From: Rhizodiscina lignyota
Taxonomy: Eukaryota
Assembly: GCA_010015805.1 (NCBI GenBank)
Contig: ML978127.1
Coordinates: 124,001-188,000, forward strand
Direction of reading: 5' to 3'
Length of the DNA stretch: 64,000 nt
A program made the translations under genes and the position numbers. Shown here one piece after another: positions 34,129-44,507 of this stretch. Each line of letters opens with the position of its first letter. Position 1 is the first letter of the stretch. The notes under the pieces are model-generated. The model searched no databases. It saw only the letters and a list, made by a program, of their open reading frames with translations, and had not been told where the DNA came from.

Positions 34129-34986
34129 TGTCATGTTTGCAAGAGCTCGCGTCAACAGAAGAAAAAGAGAAAGAACTCACTATTCAACCATTCCACCCAA
34201 CCAATTCCCACCCATAAATGTAGCTCGCCCGACGTGAGAGGGGAGGGTGCATGGGCGCGCGGCTGTCAACTCGAGTCCTGAAGAAAAGTCCGCCTAAGGG
34301 CGGCGAAAGCCCTGTTGTGACTCGAGCCAGAAGGCAGGGTCGGGCTTTGACTAGCATCTCAGCGAAGGAGTCATACGGTTTGATTGAGACTCTCAGACAA
34401 CACTAGGCAGTGGGTCGCACAACAAGGCGCAGTTGGCGAAACATCATCCACGAACGCAAAGCGAGTTGAGGGCAAGCCTCGCATCTGCTGTGGCAAGCGA
34501 ACGGAGAAGTCAGTTCCCATGGAGTTCCAGGTTCCATGAGGAGGGAGGTGTAGCGCCCCCTGCGTCATGGGTGCCCTTCGCGTCGCCTTGGTGTGTTCCG
34601 GTGCCATCATCGCGAAGCAGATAAACGTCGCCTCCTGGAGGAGTGAGAGCGAACTCAAACCTCAAACCCCGCCGTAAGCAGAGTCAAAGACTCCACCGCA
34701 GGCAGGAACCGGGGGTTACCCGGCACAGGAAACGAGAGGAAAGCCGCGAGCCCGATCAAATTAGTACATCGCGAGAACTGGCGGGGGTCACTAGGACGAA
34801 CCCGTGTGCCAAACGGGCCCCAGGCAACCAGTGCTCCGGAAAGGTCGTTGAAAAACAAAACAAAGGAAAAACGATGCGTACTTGTCGTCGGGAGAGCAAA
34901 ACTGGAGAAGGCAAGTCAGCATTGTGTTCAGTGGAGAAGTGAGAAAAAACACGCGGTTGTTGACGCGAGCTCAGCAAAACATGACA
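34129..34986. repeat. 29-nt imperfect inverted repeat pair (34129-34157 and 34958-34986)
   Basis: TGTCATGTTTGCAAGAGCTCGCGTCAACA versus the reverse complement of the right arm, TGTCATGTTTTGCTGAGCTCGCGTCAACA. Perfect blocks of 15 and 10 nt. Confidence 0.9.
34216..34850 (-). ncRNA. Candidate large structured non-coding RNA (H/ACA-like, three stem domains); ends approximate
   Basis: Nested helices found by eye, ANANNA (ACACCA) after domain 1, ACA directly after domain 3, G-U pairs favouring the minus strand, flanking 29-nt inverted repeat, upstream TATA-like and CT-rich tract, and no credible ORF. Confidence 0.5.
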
Positions 34987-35553
34987 CGCCTGTTCAAAAC
35001 CAAAACAACACGCTCGGGGCTCAAGCAGCAAAGTCGAGTGAAGTGATGATGTGGTAGACATGTCGAAGACATGTTGAGATACATGATGTGCAGAGGTACA
35101 TGGTATGTTGAGGGAGTCTGTTGACATGATGGTGGTTGAGCCCGTCACAGCGATGTGAAGAGAAAGGTTGAAGGAGAGAGGGAAGAGTGAGAAGTAAATA
35201 TACCTGAAAGACATGACTAAGCTCGGCTCAAATCTCAATGATCTCATCGTGAAGTATCTCTTCGGCATCTGTCGGTGGTGTTGTCGGTGGAGTCATCGGT
35301 GGTGAAGTCTTTTTTGTTGTCTGAAATTGGCCAAAATAAAATTTGACACCAAGCTCGAGACCAGGGTTGACATAACAACCAATCTGTAATTGGCCAATAA
35401 ATCGTGTATACCTTCCTCGTGACGCCTGCAGAAAAAGCTTATTCAAACAACACTCTGCGAATAGCTTCGTGATGTGGCCGTGCGCAAGTCATAGCTCAGC
35501 CCACCAGCCTGTATAACACTTGAGCACGTGGCTTTGGTTTAGGCATCAATTCC

Positions 35554-35629
35554 TAGCTCCGGCAAGGCCCGCTATGCTGTTTACCTGAGATTAGCTCCGG
35601 CAAGACCCGTTATGCTGTTTACCTGAGAT
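35554..35629. repeat. 38-bp direct tandem duplication (2 copies, 2 mismatches)
   Basis: TAGCTCCGGCAAGGCCCGCTATGCTGTTTACCTGAGAT followed by TAGCTCCGGCAAGACCCGTTATGCTGTTTACCTGAGAT. Confidence 0.92.
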
Positions 35630-38600
35630 TGTAGTGCGAGCTTGCTCCGTGACTCGGCTTAGAGCGGGATTTGGACTCCAGGACAACTTGTGCTAGCGCA
35701 CCGCGTCCTATCTCAATCAGGGCAACGACACCCAAGGGGGCCCTTCTGGTCCATGTAATGAATGCAATTTGGAAGTGTCGATAAGCTTTGATGTTCTCTC
35801 CTGTGTGATGTTGTGATCCCATCCGCACACTTGTAGCAGCCGGGAACATTAGTTGGCCATTCCACGCCTTCAGGCATACAGGACGATCAATGTACTCCTA
35901 GGATATTGGAGCCTAATGCATTGTTCTGTTATAAGATTCTCGGACCTGGCTCTTCTCTCTTTGCGTTGCTGCAGAAGTTGTGTGAAGTGGTGAGGCTAGT
36001 GGGGAGTCTTTATAAGGTGAGAAGCTGAGAGCGATAACAGGACGACGCAAGAATCTAGACTAGACGAGAACATATAAACTACGAATACTGCATTCGATGT
36101 ATTCTTATGACTGGATTATGAAATACTTGGACGTCTTGAAGTGAATTGTGTCTCTTCTCAGAGAATCTTATGGTATGAGCGCGGTGCTGATCTGCATAGA
36201 AATATACTATAGGTAGCTTGAGAGAGAGAATAAAGTAAGAGTGGGACAAGGGCAGCAAGACGTTATCCTTTCAGCTCTTTTGGTTACCATTCGCAGTCAC
36301 TTTATTAAGCGTTGAGAGCTCTTCTTCCCTTCTCACAACGGCTGCGGATGCCACCACGGCTTGAGGAAGAGGATTTTTCGCCTATGTGTGATGTGACAAC
36401 CCATGTTCACGATACATATCTTCATCCGCCTTTGATCGAAACGTGCGTTGAAAGTCTTTAAGTATATGTTTATGTGATCCGATTCCACGGCATGGGATAC
36501 TGTTTCAAACATTCCGAGAGTCGCTTACGCTGTGCAACGTTGCCATACATGGCGCTGAAGACACCGTGCTCGGCTGCGTAGGACGTAGCACAGATCTCAG
36601 GTTGCCTTCCATGATAAAGCTTATTCGAACGTCCGCAATTGTCGTCCACATCTGCCGCACGCCACTGAGTTTGAAAGATGGCTGCCAGTAGTATCAGCTC
36701 ACGCATGCCTTTGCAAGGGGCGTCTTCACTTACTCTCCGTATGTAAGTGTCAGTTAATAAATGCTCGCTTGAATGTCAAAAGCTTCTTTTCCTTCTGTCT
36801 CCATTGGCGCACAGCACGAGATCCATTTGAGCAGACGAGCACACCAATGTCCAGCATCCAGGCTACAGAATCAAACCCGGGAACCAACAGCTAGTTGAAT
36901 TCCAGGAAAAGGCTCCGTACTGCTGCGTACCGGTATTTTTATCATTCAAGGTCTCGGAGTAGAAAGTCTTGATTTTAGCTGCTAAGCAACGGCGGTCCAA
37001 GGCCTAAATGTACAACAGAACCGGATTCCGTAGCAGTGGCAGTGTAGATCCCAAGAACCTGGACTTAAATCAACGCTAGAAGCAAGACAGAAAAACATCT
37101 AGACATCCGTCACGCGATCGTCAATCTACTTGGCATTGCGCAAAAGCACCCCCAAGGCTAAGTACGCCGGACATGTCTGGGGTCATGGCAACTAAAATAG
37201 AATGTGGCTTTGGCAACGTGTGAAGTCAGGCAATTCAAGCAAGAACAGTTTGCATCTTGGCCAACAGACTGAATTGCTCGCATGCTCACGTGCATTGCAC
37301 GAAAGTTGGAGCTGGCAGAAGTCGGAGTGGAAACAGGACTCTGAGTTCGCAGATGCGGTTCAGCTGGCGAGAGTTGAGGTTGCCCGGAGCGGCAGTTACC
37401 GGTGAAAGGATGGTACGAAGGAGTGGCCTAACGGTAAGCCTCCGCGAATAGGAGATCTCAACAATAATCTTGTTTCTCAGGAGTCTTAAGAGCTGCTTAC
37501 AGCCGATAGTACGCATAGTGGGTACGTCGGTACAAAGTTCGACAGTTGGCAAACGGAGTCGTATCGCTAACCCCAGTCCTCTTTGAATGTCGCCGACATG
37601 GTAAAATTGGTACCGAACCGCAGTGGATTCCTCTCTATCAATAGTACACGCAAAGGACACTTGAATCGCGAAGCAGACGAGATGCTGGTTTACCATCGTG
37701 ACTCTCAGTCTTATCTAGGATTGCTTCTGACGACATTCGCAAATCTACAAGCCTCCATCTCTCTGGAGGCCCCAAGTTCCGACCCCTTGGAAGCAGTGCA
37801 AAGGCTTGGAGGTTCGGATGGTCTGTTCTCCATACGTATTTCTATTTCTGGCTTAGACAGAATTCATTGGTGGTGGGCATTTTCCGCCGTCAAGCCACGA
37901 GGTCTAGCGCATCCGCTGCGCGCTGTGATGGCATGGAGCCTCTCCCCGGCCCGCCACGAGGAAGCTTCCAAGGACCAAAACACTCCGTCAAGCCCTCAAT
38001 AAACGGACAGCCGGGCATATGGCTGGCTCACTGTCGTCATGCTCAGGTTGCTCCACGCAGTTGAGACACTTCCGCATAGCTGATCAGTGCCTGAGACGGT
38101 GCTCATAATAATTTAGGCGAATTTCGAGAGGAAAAGAGGTTCCACTTGCAAAAGGACCGACTCGCCGATAGCTCACATGGTGGGTAAAGCGAAAGCTTAG
38201 CGCTTTGAGCCTGCGAAATTGAGGAACGCTTCCCCTGCCCATCACTCCTACTCGTGGAGATTCAAGAGCTGCCATCCTTGTGGAGATCCTGATAACATGC
38301 TTACTTCCGATGCAGCTCCCGAGGTACGGGAAGCGTGTTTCGACGTCTCTCGGCTCCGTCTCATTGCCATTGAGATTCCTATGCAATTGACTGAGGCGGA
38401 ATTCTCATCTACGCGGTCGTGGAGGAAGCGGGAGAGATTGAGTCTTCGGCCAAGGCAGAAAACGAGGGACGAGGTCACCAATATCAATCGATGCTCTAGC
38501 CTCTTGGTATTGACAGCGGCATGGTAGCTCGCGCCGTGGATACGAAAAGGAGGGGAGCTTGGGCCGCAGGTAGAAGGAAAAAGATGCGGCTCTTTGCTGC

Positions 38601-39394
38601 CAAAACGACCAAGCGGCCGGGCATCGCGCAGCAAAAGGGGCTCGGCAGCGTCTCCAACGGGAATAGGGGATACTTTTCCGCTCTAGTTAAAGATACTTAT
38701 GCAAGGCACAGCAGGCAGTTTAATTAAACGCGATGCGGCAAACCGGTGGGGATCCGGCTGATGCAACTGCTCTCGGTCACGCTCCTAGCTCATGCAGAAG
38801 CGAGCCGCCAAACGCCACATCGTGCAAACTCTCCAAGGGGCAGCTCTTTGCGCCTCACAACAACACCACTCCGCCAGGAGCTATGCCGCATTCACTGCCA
38901 GACTCTGAGCCCGCCCACGCCGTCCCAAGATGACAGGCCTGGTGCAGATGTCAACCGGCGCCCGCTTTACCCTATGCGGTGCTCTGCCATTAAGCCACGG
39001 CGCTGCAACCCTGGCGCCATGCCGCCCACACGAGGAAGTGCACAACGCGCTCCAGGCGGCCGTTCGCGATTCCCACACAATGCATTCACCGCGCCGTCGA
39101 GCTCGATTGTGCCCGATTTAGCGAAATTCATGGCGGCAAAGTTCCATGCTGGAGCGAAGGCCAGCAGGGCTCGGACGCTGTGGCCGCCCTGCTCTTTGCA
39201 GGATTTCTCTTAAAACCTCTCATGGCCTTTTCCTCGTGCTAATTCTCTCTCACTCACACACACCACGCTCGTTACTTTTCTATTCGAAATTGACGCTTTT
39301 GTGCTCTTTTTTCCTTTTCGTAGTTCAGTCGTTTACTACGGGAAGCCTAATACTTAACTGGGAAGAGCAACAAAGGTTTATTATATAATTCAAG

Positions 39395-41906
39395 ATGAGG
39401 TCGACCGCCTGGTCGCTCCTTTTCGCTGCGGGCACCGCGCTCGCAGCAAGCCCCGACGGAACTTGCGGTGGTGCCAACGGCTACAGCTGCTGGGGATCTT
39501 TCTTCGGTAACTGCTGTGGTGCAGACGGAACTTGCGGCTCCACGCCAGACAAGTGCACCTCTGGCTGCCAGAAGGAGTTCGGTTTCTGCGCAGAGCAATG
39601 GTTCAACAAGTTCGAGGAGAGAGAAGGACCAGCCTACGGTGGCTACGGCGATGAAGATGATGACGAGTACTGCGGCTGCGACGACGAGGAGGAATCTTCC
39701 ACCCCCGCTGGACCTACGTTCACATCAACTTCATCCACTCCAAGCGGCTTCCCATCTTATTCATACAACTCCACCACTCCTTCATACCCAACGGGCACCG
39801 GCTCTACGCCCGTAGGCCCGATCGGCACTGGCCCCACCGGCTCATCGAGCTTCCCTCCATACCCAACTGGCTCATATAGCACCTACCCCTCTGGCACCGG
39901 TCCTTCGGGCACCGGTCCCTCTGGCACTGGCCCTACCGGTACCGGTCCTTCCGGCACTGGTCCTTCGGGTACCGGTCCTTCAGGAACTGGATCTTTCTCC
40001 ACTCCTGTTGGCCCCATCGGCACTGGTTCAACCACCTCCAAGCCAGTCGGTACTGCTCCTTCTGGAACTGGCCCCAGCGGAACTGGCCCAAGTGGCACTG
40101 GTACTGCACCAGGCTCCGTTGGCACTACCTCGACTTCGTCCACTTGCTCGAGCGTCGCAACTCCCACCGCGGGATTCCTGCCAAACTGCGTTCCTTGCGA
40201 GGGACAGCCGAACGCGGCCGACAAGTTCTGCGGCTACGACGTCAGCACCGACTCCTACCAGTTCACGCCCAAGACCTGCAAGGTTGTCGAGTATACCTTC
40301 ACGGTCACCGACGAGACTGTTTCGCCCGATGGTATCTCTCGCCCGGCCATGCTTGTTAACGGTCAATTGCCCGGCCCTGCCATTGAGGCCAGCTGGGGTG
40401 ACACCGTTGTTGTTCACGTTATCAACAAGCTGACTTCCCTGAACGGCACTTCCATCCATTTCCACGGTATGCGCCAGAGCAACAACAGTGTGAACGACGG
40501 TGTCCCATCTATTGTCCAATGCCCAATTGCTCCTGGTGAATCTATGACCTACCAGTGGGTTGCCGAGAACTACGGAACTTCGTGGTACCACTCCCATTAT
40601 GCCATCCAGGCTTGGGAGGGTGTTTTCGGTCCCGTGGTCATTGATGGACCTCACTCCGACGACTCGTTCGACGAGGACCTTGGCCCTATTGTTCTCCAGG
40701 ATTGGTCTCACTTCACGGTCGATTCCCGCTACGACCTGGCTCAGAACGCGACAGTCAACCCAGCGACAAACCAGACATTCGGTGGCCCTGTTGTTATGGA
40801 CAGTGGTCTCATCAACGGCAAGAACGTGTGGGGAGATGACGGTGCTGCCAACCAGACTGGCTCCCGCAATACCTTCACCTTCACGAAGGGCAAGAAGTAT
40901 CTTCTGCGTATCATCAACACTTCTATCCAGTCAACCTACAAGTTCTACATTGATGGCCACTCTTTCACTGTCATCTCTGCCGATTTCGTCCCGATCCAGC
41001 CGTATACCACGAACATCATTAACATCAATATTGGTGAGCTCCGCAGATACAGTCCACTTTAAGAATAAATGCTAACGTCGCGCAGGTCAGCGCTACAATG
41101 TCATTGTTGAGGCCAACCAGTCTGGCAACCAGAGCTACTGGATGCGTTCTGACAACCAGAACTCTTGCGCTGGTACTGTCCAGGCCAAGAATATCAAGGC
41201 TATTGTCAACTACTCTGGTGGCCCAACTGGTCTCCCAACTTCCACTGCCTACAACTACACGGATGAGTGCATTGACGAGCCGTATGACAAGCTTGTCCCA
41301 TATGTCTCTCTTGACGCTTCTACTGCCGATGACACCGTCAATGGTGGTGCTATGAACGTTGTCGTTGCTGCCAATGACGCGTCCCTCTTCAAATGGTACC
41401 TCGGTGGCACTACCTTCTTCTCCGAGTATGACGACCCGACTCTGTTGGACATCTACCAGAACAACAGCACCCCCGACTACAGCGGCAACTTGCTCGTCAA
41501 GGTCCCTGGTGCCAACCAGATGGTATATGTCATTGTTGAGACTCCTATTGGTCTGCCTCATCCTGTCCATTTGCACGGTCACGACTTCTGGGTCCTTGCA
41601 GCAGGCACTGGCACGTACGCCTCCAACACCACCCTCAACTTGTCTAACCCGCCCCGTCGTGACACTGCGCTCATGCCTGCCGCTGGTTACCTTGTTCTTG
41701 CCTTCAAGACTGACAACCCGGGTGTCTGGTTGATGCATTGCCACATTGGCTGGCACACGTCTATGGGTTGGGCCCTGCAGATCGTCGAGCGACAGTCTGA
41801 GATCAAGAAGACCATCCACGACAGCTGTAAGCTGACGAAGAACTGCGCATCCTGGGATTCTTGGTCGAGCGCGAACGATGTCACGGTCGTTGACTCTGGC
41901 GTCTAA
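39395..41906 (+). CDS. Secreted laccase / multicopper oxidase (AA1) with N-terminal hevein/CBM18-like domain and Pro/Ser/Gly/Thr linker (2 exons)
   Basis: Signal peptide and 8-Cys domain at 39449-39589. Copper motifs HFHG, WYHSH, HPVHLHGH and HCHIGWH. C-terminal DSGV. Intron 41034-41085. Confidence 0.93.
39887..40102 (+). repeat. Coding 15-bp repeats, (P[S/T]GTG)x7 at 39887-39991 and x3 at 40058-40102
   Basis: Seen directly in translation. Codons vary between units. Confidence 0.92.
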
Positions 41907-42532
41907 GCGTTCACGACTCTTTTCCGCTGTTGCGTGAGATGTGGAGTTTGCATAGACGGCGCAAACCAAGCACGAGCGAAAATTTATACCCGTTCATGGC
42001 TGTACTAATGGGATCATGTCGACTGCGAATTCATCATTGCGAGTGTGTGTGCCTCGCAGGGAAAAGCGCGGTCTGAGCGACTTCACTTTTCTTGGATCAA
42101 TTGTCTTTACTATTTGAACATATGGGTATGGACTTGCGCCTGCGTATTCTTTGGAGCTTCTTGTAGCCGCACCCTCGCTTCTGGGGTCGGTGTGCGTGTA
42201 TCTTAATGTAGTAGACATCCGCCTTCTTCAATTGTATATATTGATGGCTCAGAAAACCCTTGATTTTTTGAAAATGGATGCTTAAAAACGTAATCTTTGT
42301 TCTTGATATGATTGGCGTGTGTAATTGTAAGTGATTCGCATTCACTTCTTATGGGAGATATGTAGCCATCGTCGGAATCGGTGACAGGGACGTGCACCGC
42401 GCGGCGGGCTGCCCTCCAAACCCTCGTGCGTGCTCGAACTTCCGCAGGCTGCTGAGGACACCACTTCACCGCCTAAAAGTTGTCCACGTCGCCGTGTTTC
42501 CCTCGCCTCATAATGCCTCGCGCGACGTTCAA

Positions 42533-44326
42533 ATGAACCGCTCTCGCCCTTTCATGAGTCCCGGCCGGCTCTTCGCTCCCGCAATCCAATATCTCTCGAA
42601 CGTCACATCCACCACTGACCACGACCGGCCACGCTCCTCCCACGCACGCGACCCATCCATCGATGACGATGAGGAGAGCATGTATGCTCGCGCTGATGGA
42701 CTTACTACTCCCAACATTAATATGGGTGGCGAGAACATGAGAGGCGTGTCTCCGAGACCGCACCGCAGGGGCAGCTCGGGCGACCTGACTCTCACACCGA
42801 CGACTTCGAGGAGCATACCGTTGATTGATATCAGCAGGAGTCCGAGTCCGTATCCAAGGAGCAGGAGCGCGGCGCAGAGCGAGGACGAGGATGAGGACGT
42901 CGACGTGCCCATTAGCCTGCGGCCGCTTATACGGGACGCGGATGACGTCTCTGAAAGGCGCGGCGTCGCTGCGAGAAGAGGCTGGAAGAGCATATGGCGG
43001 GAAGGCGGATTGGGGAGATTCTTGTTCGGAACATGGATGGGATACCAGGTGTATGTGAGCTTGCTGGTCATCTGGATTGGCGGGTGTGGCTTCGGGCTGC
43101 TGTTGACGAACCGCTTCATATGGTGGACGGGCGTGTACAAGTTCCCATATCCGCTTACCACCACGTGGATCCAGTTGGGCATCGCGCATGTACTACTAAT
43201 GGCTTGGTCGAGCCTGACGAGGGCAATCGCGAGGCCGTTGCAGATATTGGGGATGAAGGGACTGGTTGCGCCGTCTACGCCAGGCCCGATGTCAAGTTCT
43301 GGGTATAGGACGGGGAAGCCGAGTTTGGCAACGGCTTTCAAGGCCTTATTCAAGCCTGGCATAGGTGGAATTGCAGGAGGTGGCGTTCTCGAATTTGACC
43401 GCAAGACGGCGCTCCTGGCGCTTCCCCCAGCTATTGTCTTTATGGGCATGACCGTGCTGAGCAACCTCTCCTTTGCGTATGTCACCCATTCTCCTCCCCT
43501 CAAGTAGATATGCTAACAGTATAATAGCTACGCCGTTCTTCCACTCTATACATTATCACGAATCGGCACCATCCCTCTATCTCTCACATTGACCGCATTC
43601 CTGACACGCACGTCTCATTCCGTTTCGACTCTGTCCTCTGCCCTCACCGCAACCCTCAATCTATTACTAGCCAGCATTCGACCTGGAGTCCGGGTCACAT
43701 GGGAAGGTGTCGTTACTGGCGTCTTCTCTACTATCTTCGTCTCCCTCTTTCCAATTATGCTCCTCCGTACCTATCGAAGCCTCGCCACGTCTCTGATCCC
43801 TCAAGGGGATTTACTCACCAGCTTCGTGGACGACACAGGAGATGCTTCTACCACACCAAATCAGCAACCTGATCTCTACGCCTCCGATGCGCTACCATAT
43901 TCCGATCCCTCCGGTACCCGTGAAGAGACGCGCGCCTACTACCTAACTCTCCACTACACGTCCATGCTCTCGCTCTGCTTTCTCACTCCTCTGGTCCTTC
44001 TCTCCGGCGAACTATCCAAAATCTACCACAATTGCTACTTCCTCGACGTGCCCTTCTTCTGGTTCGAGATGTTGTGCGCCTCGGTCGCCTCGTTCACGAT
44101 CTTTGCGCCTTTTCTGTTGCTCGTCAAAGCGACGAGCCCGCTTGCGGCGACATTCGTGTCTGTGCCACGAGACGCATTTCAGCTTGTTATTCTGGGCGGA
44201 AAGATGCCGGTGCATGCCTGGGTAGGTGTGGCACTTTGTTGGATGGGCACTTTGTGGTTTGCGGGGGTTAGAAGAGCAGAGGGAAGACGCTGGGCTGTTG
44301 GTACGGGAGCTGGACTTGGGCGATAG
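42533..44326 (+). CDS. Nucleotide-sugar / triose-phosphate transporter family (DMT) membrane protein (2 exons)
   Basis: KFPYPLTTTWIQL, VLSNLSFAY and LVKATSPL motifs with about 10 hydrophobic segments. Intron 43477-43527 joins the two ORFs in frame. Confidence 0.8.
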
Positions 44327-44507
44327 TATACACTCTCTACCCGAAGAGAGTTGCATTGCAAAAGACGGCGCCTGTATGACATCTGACTGAACATCGATAG
44401 ACTTGCTGCGGCCTTGGAAAGAGCTTGCTATAGAGAACTACACCATTTGAACCCATACCAACGCCCACTAATTCCCCGGCCGTATCTCCAGACTCGCGAG
44501 TGCTGTT

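Noticed and set aside
34129..35200. Structured region as telomerase RNA, RNase P/MRP, U3, SRP or a spliceosomal snRNA
   Set aside because: No CUAACCCUAA template, no P4 consensus pair, no U3 box A, and no SRP helix-8 or U1/U2 5' signatures found by eye.
35554..35629. Direct repeats as a CRISPR array
   Set aside because: Two abutting copies with no spacer, in a eukaryotic context with no cas genes.
36300..38650. Short ORFs and intron-like signals in the long region upstream of the laccase
   Set aside because: No coherent gene, transposase or reverse-transcriptase motif could be assembled.
42473..43503. Long antisense ORFs (324 and 238 aa), and similar ones opposite the laccase, ADH, MET10, P450 and CDK1
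   Set aside because: Shadows of GC-biased sense-strand coding sequence with no recognisable motifs.
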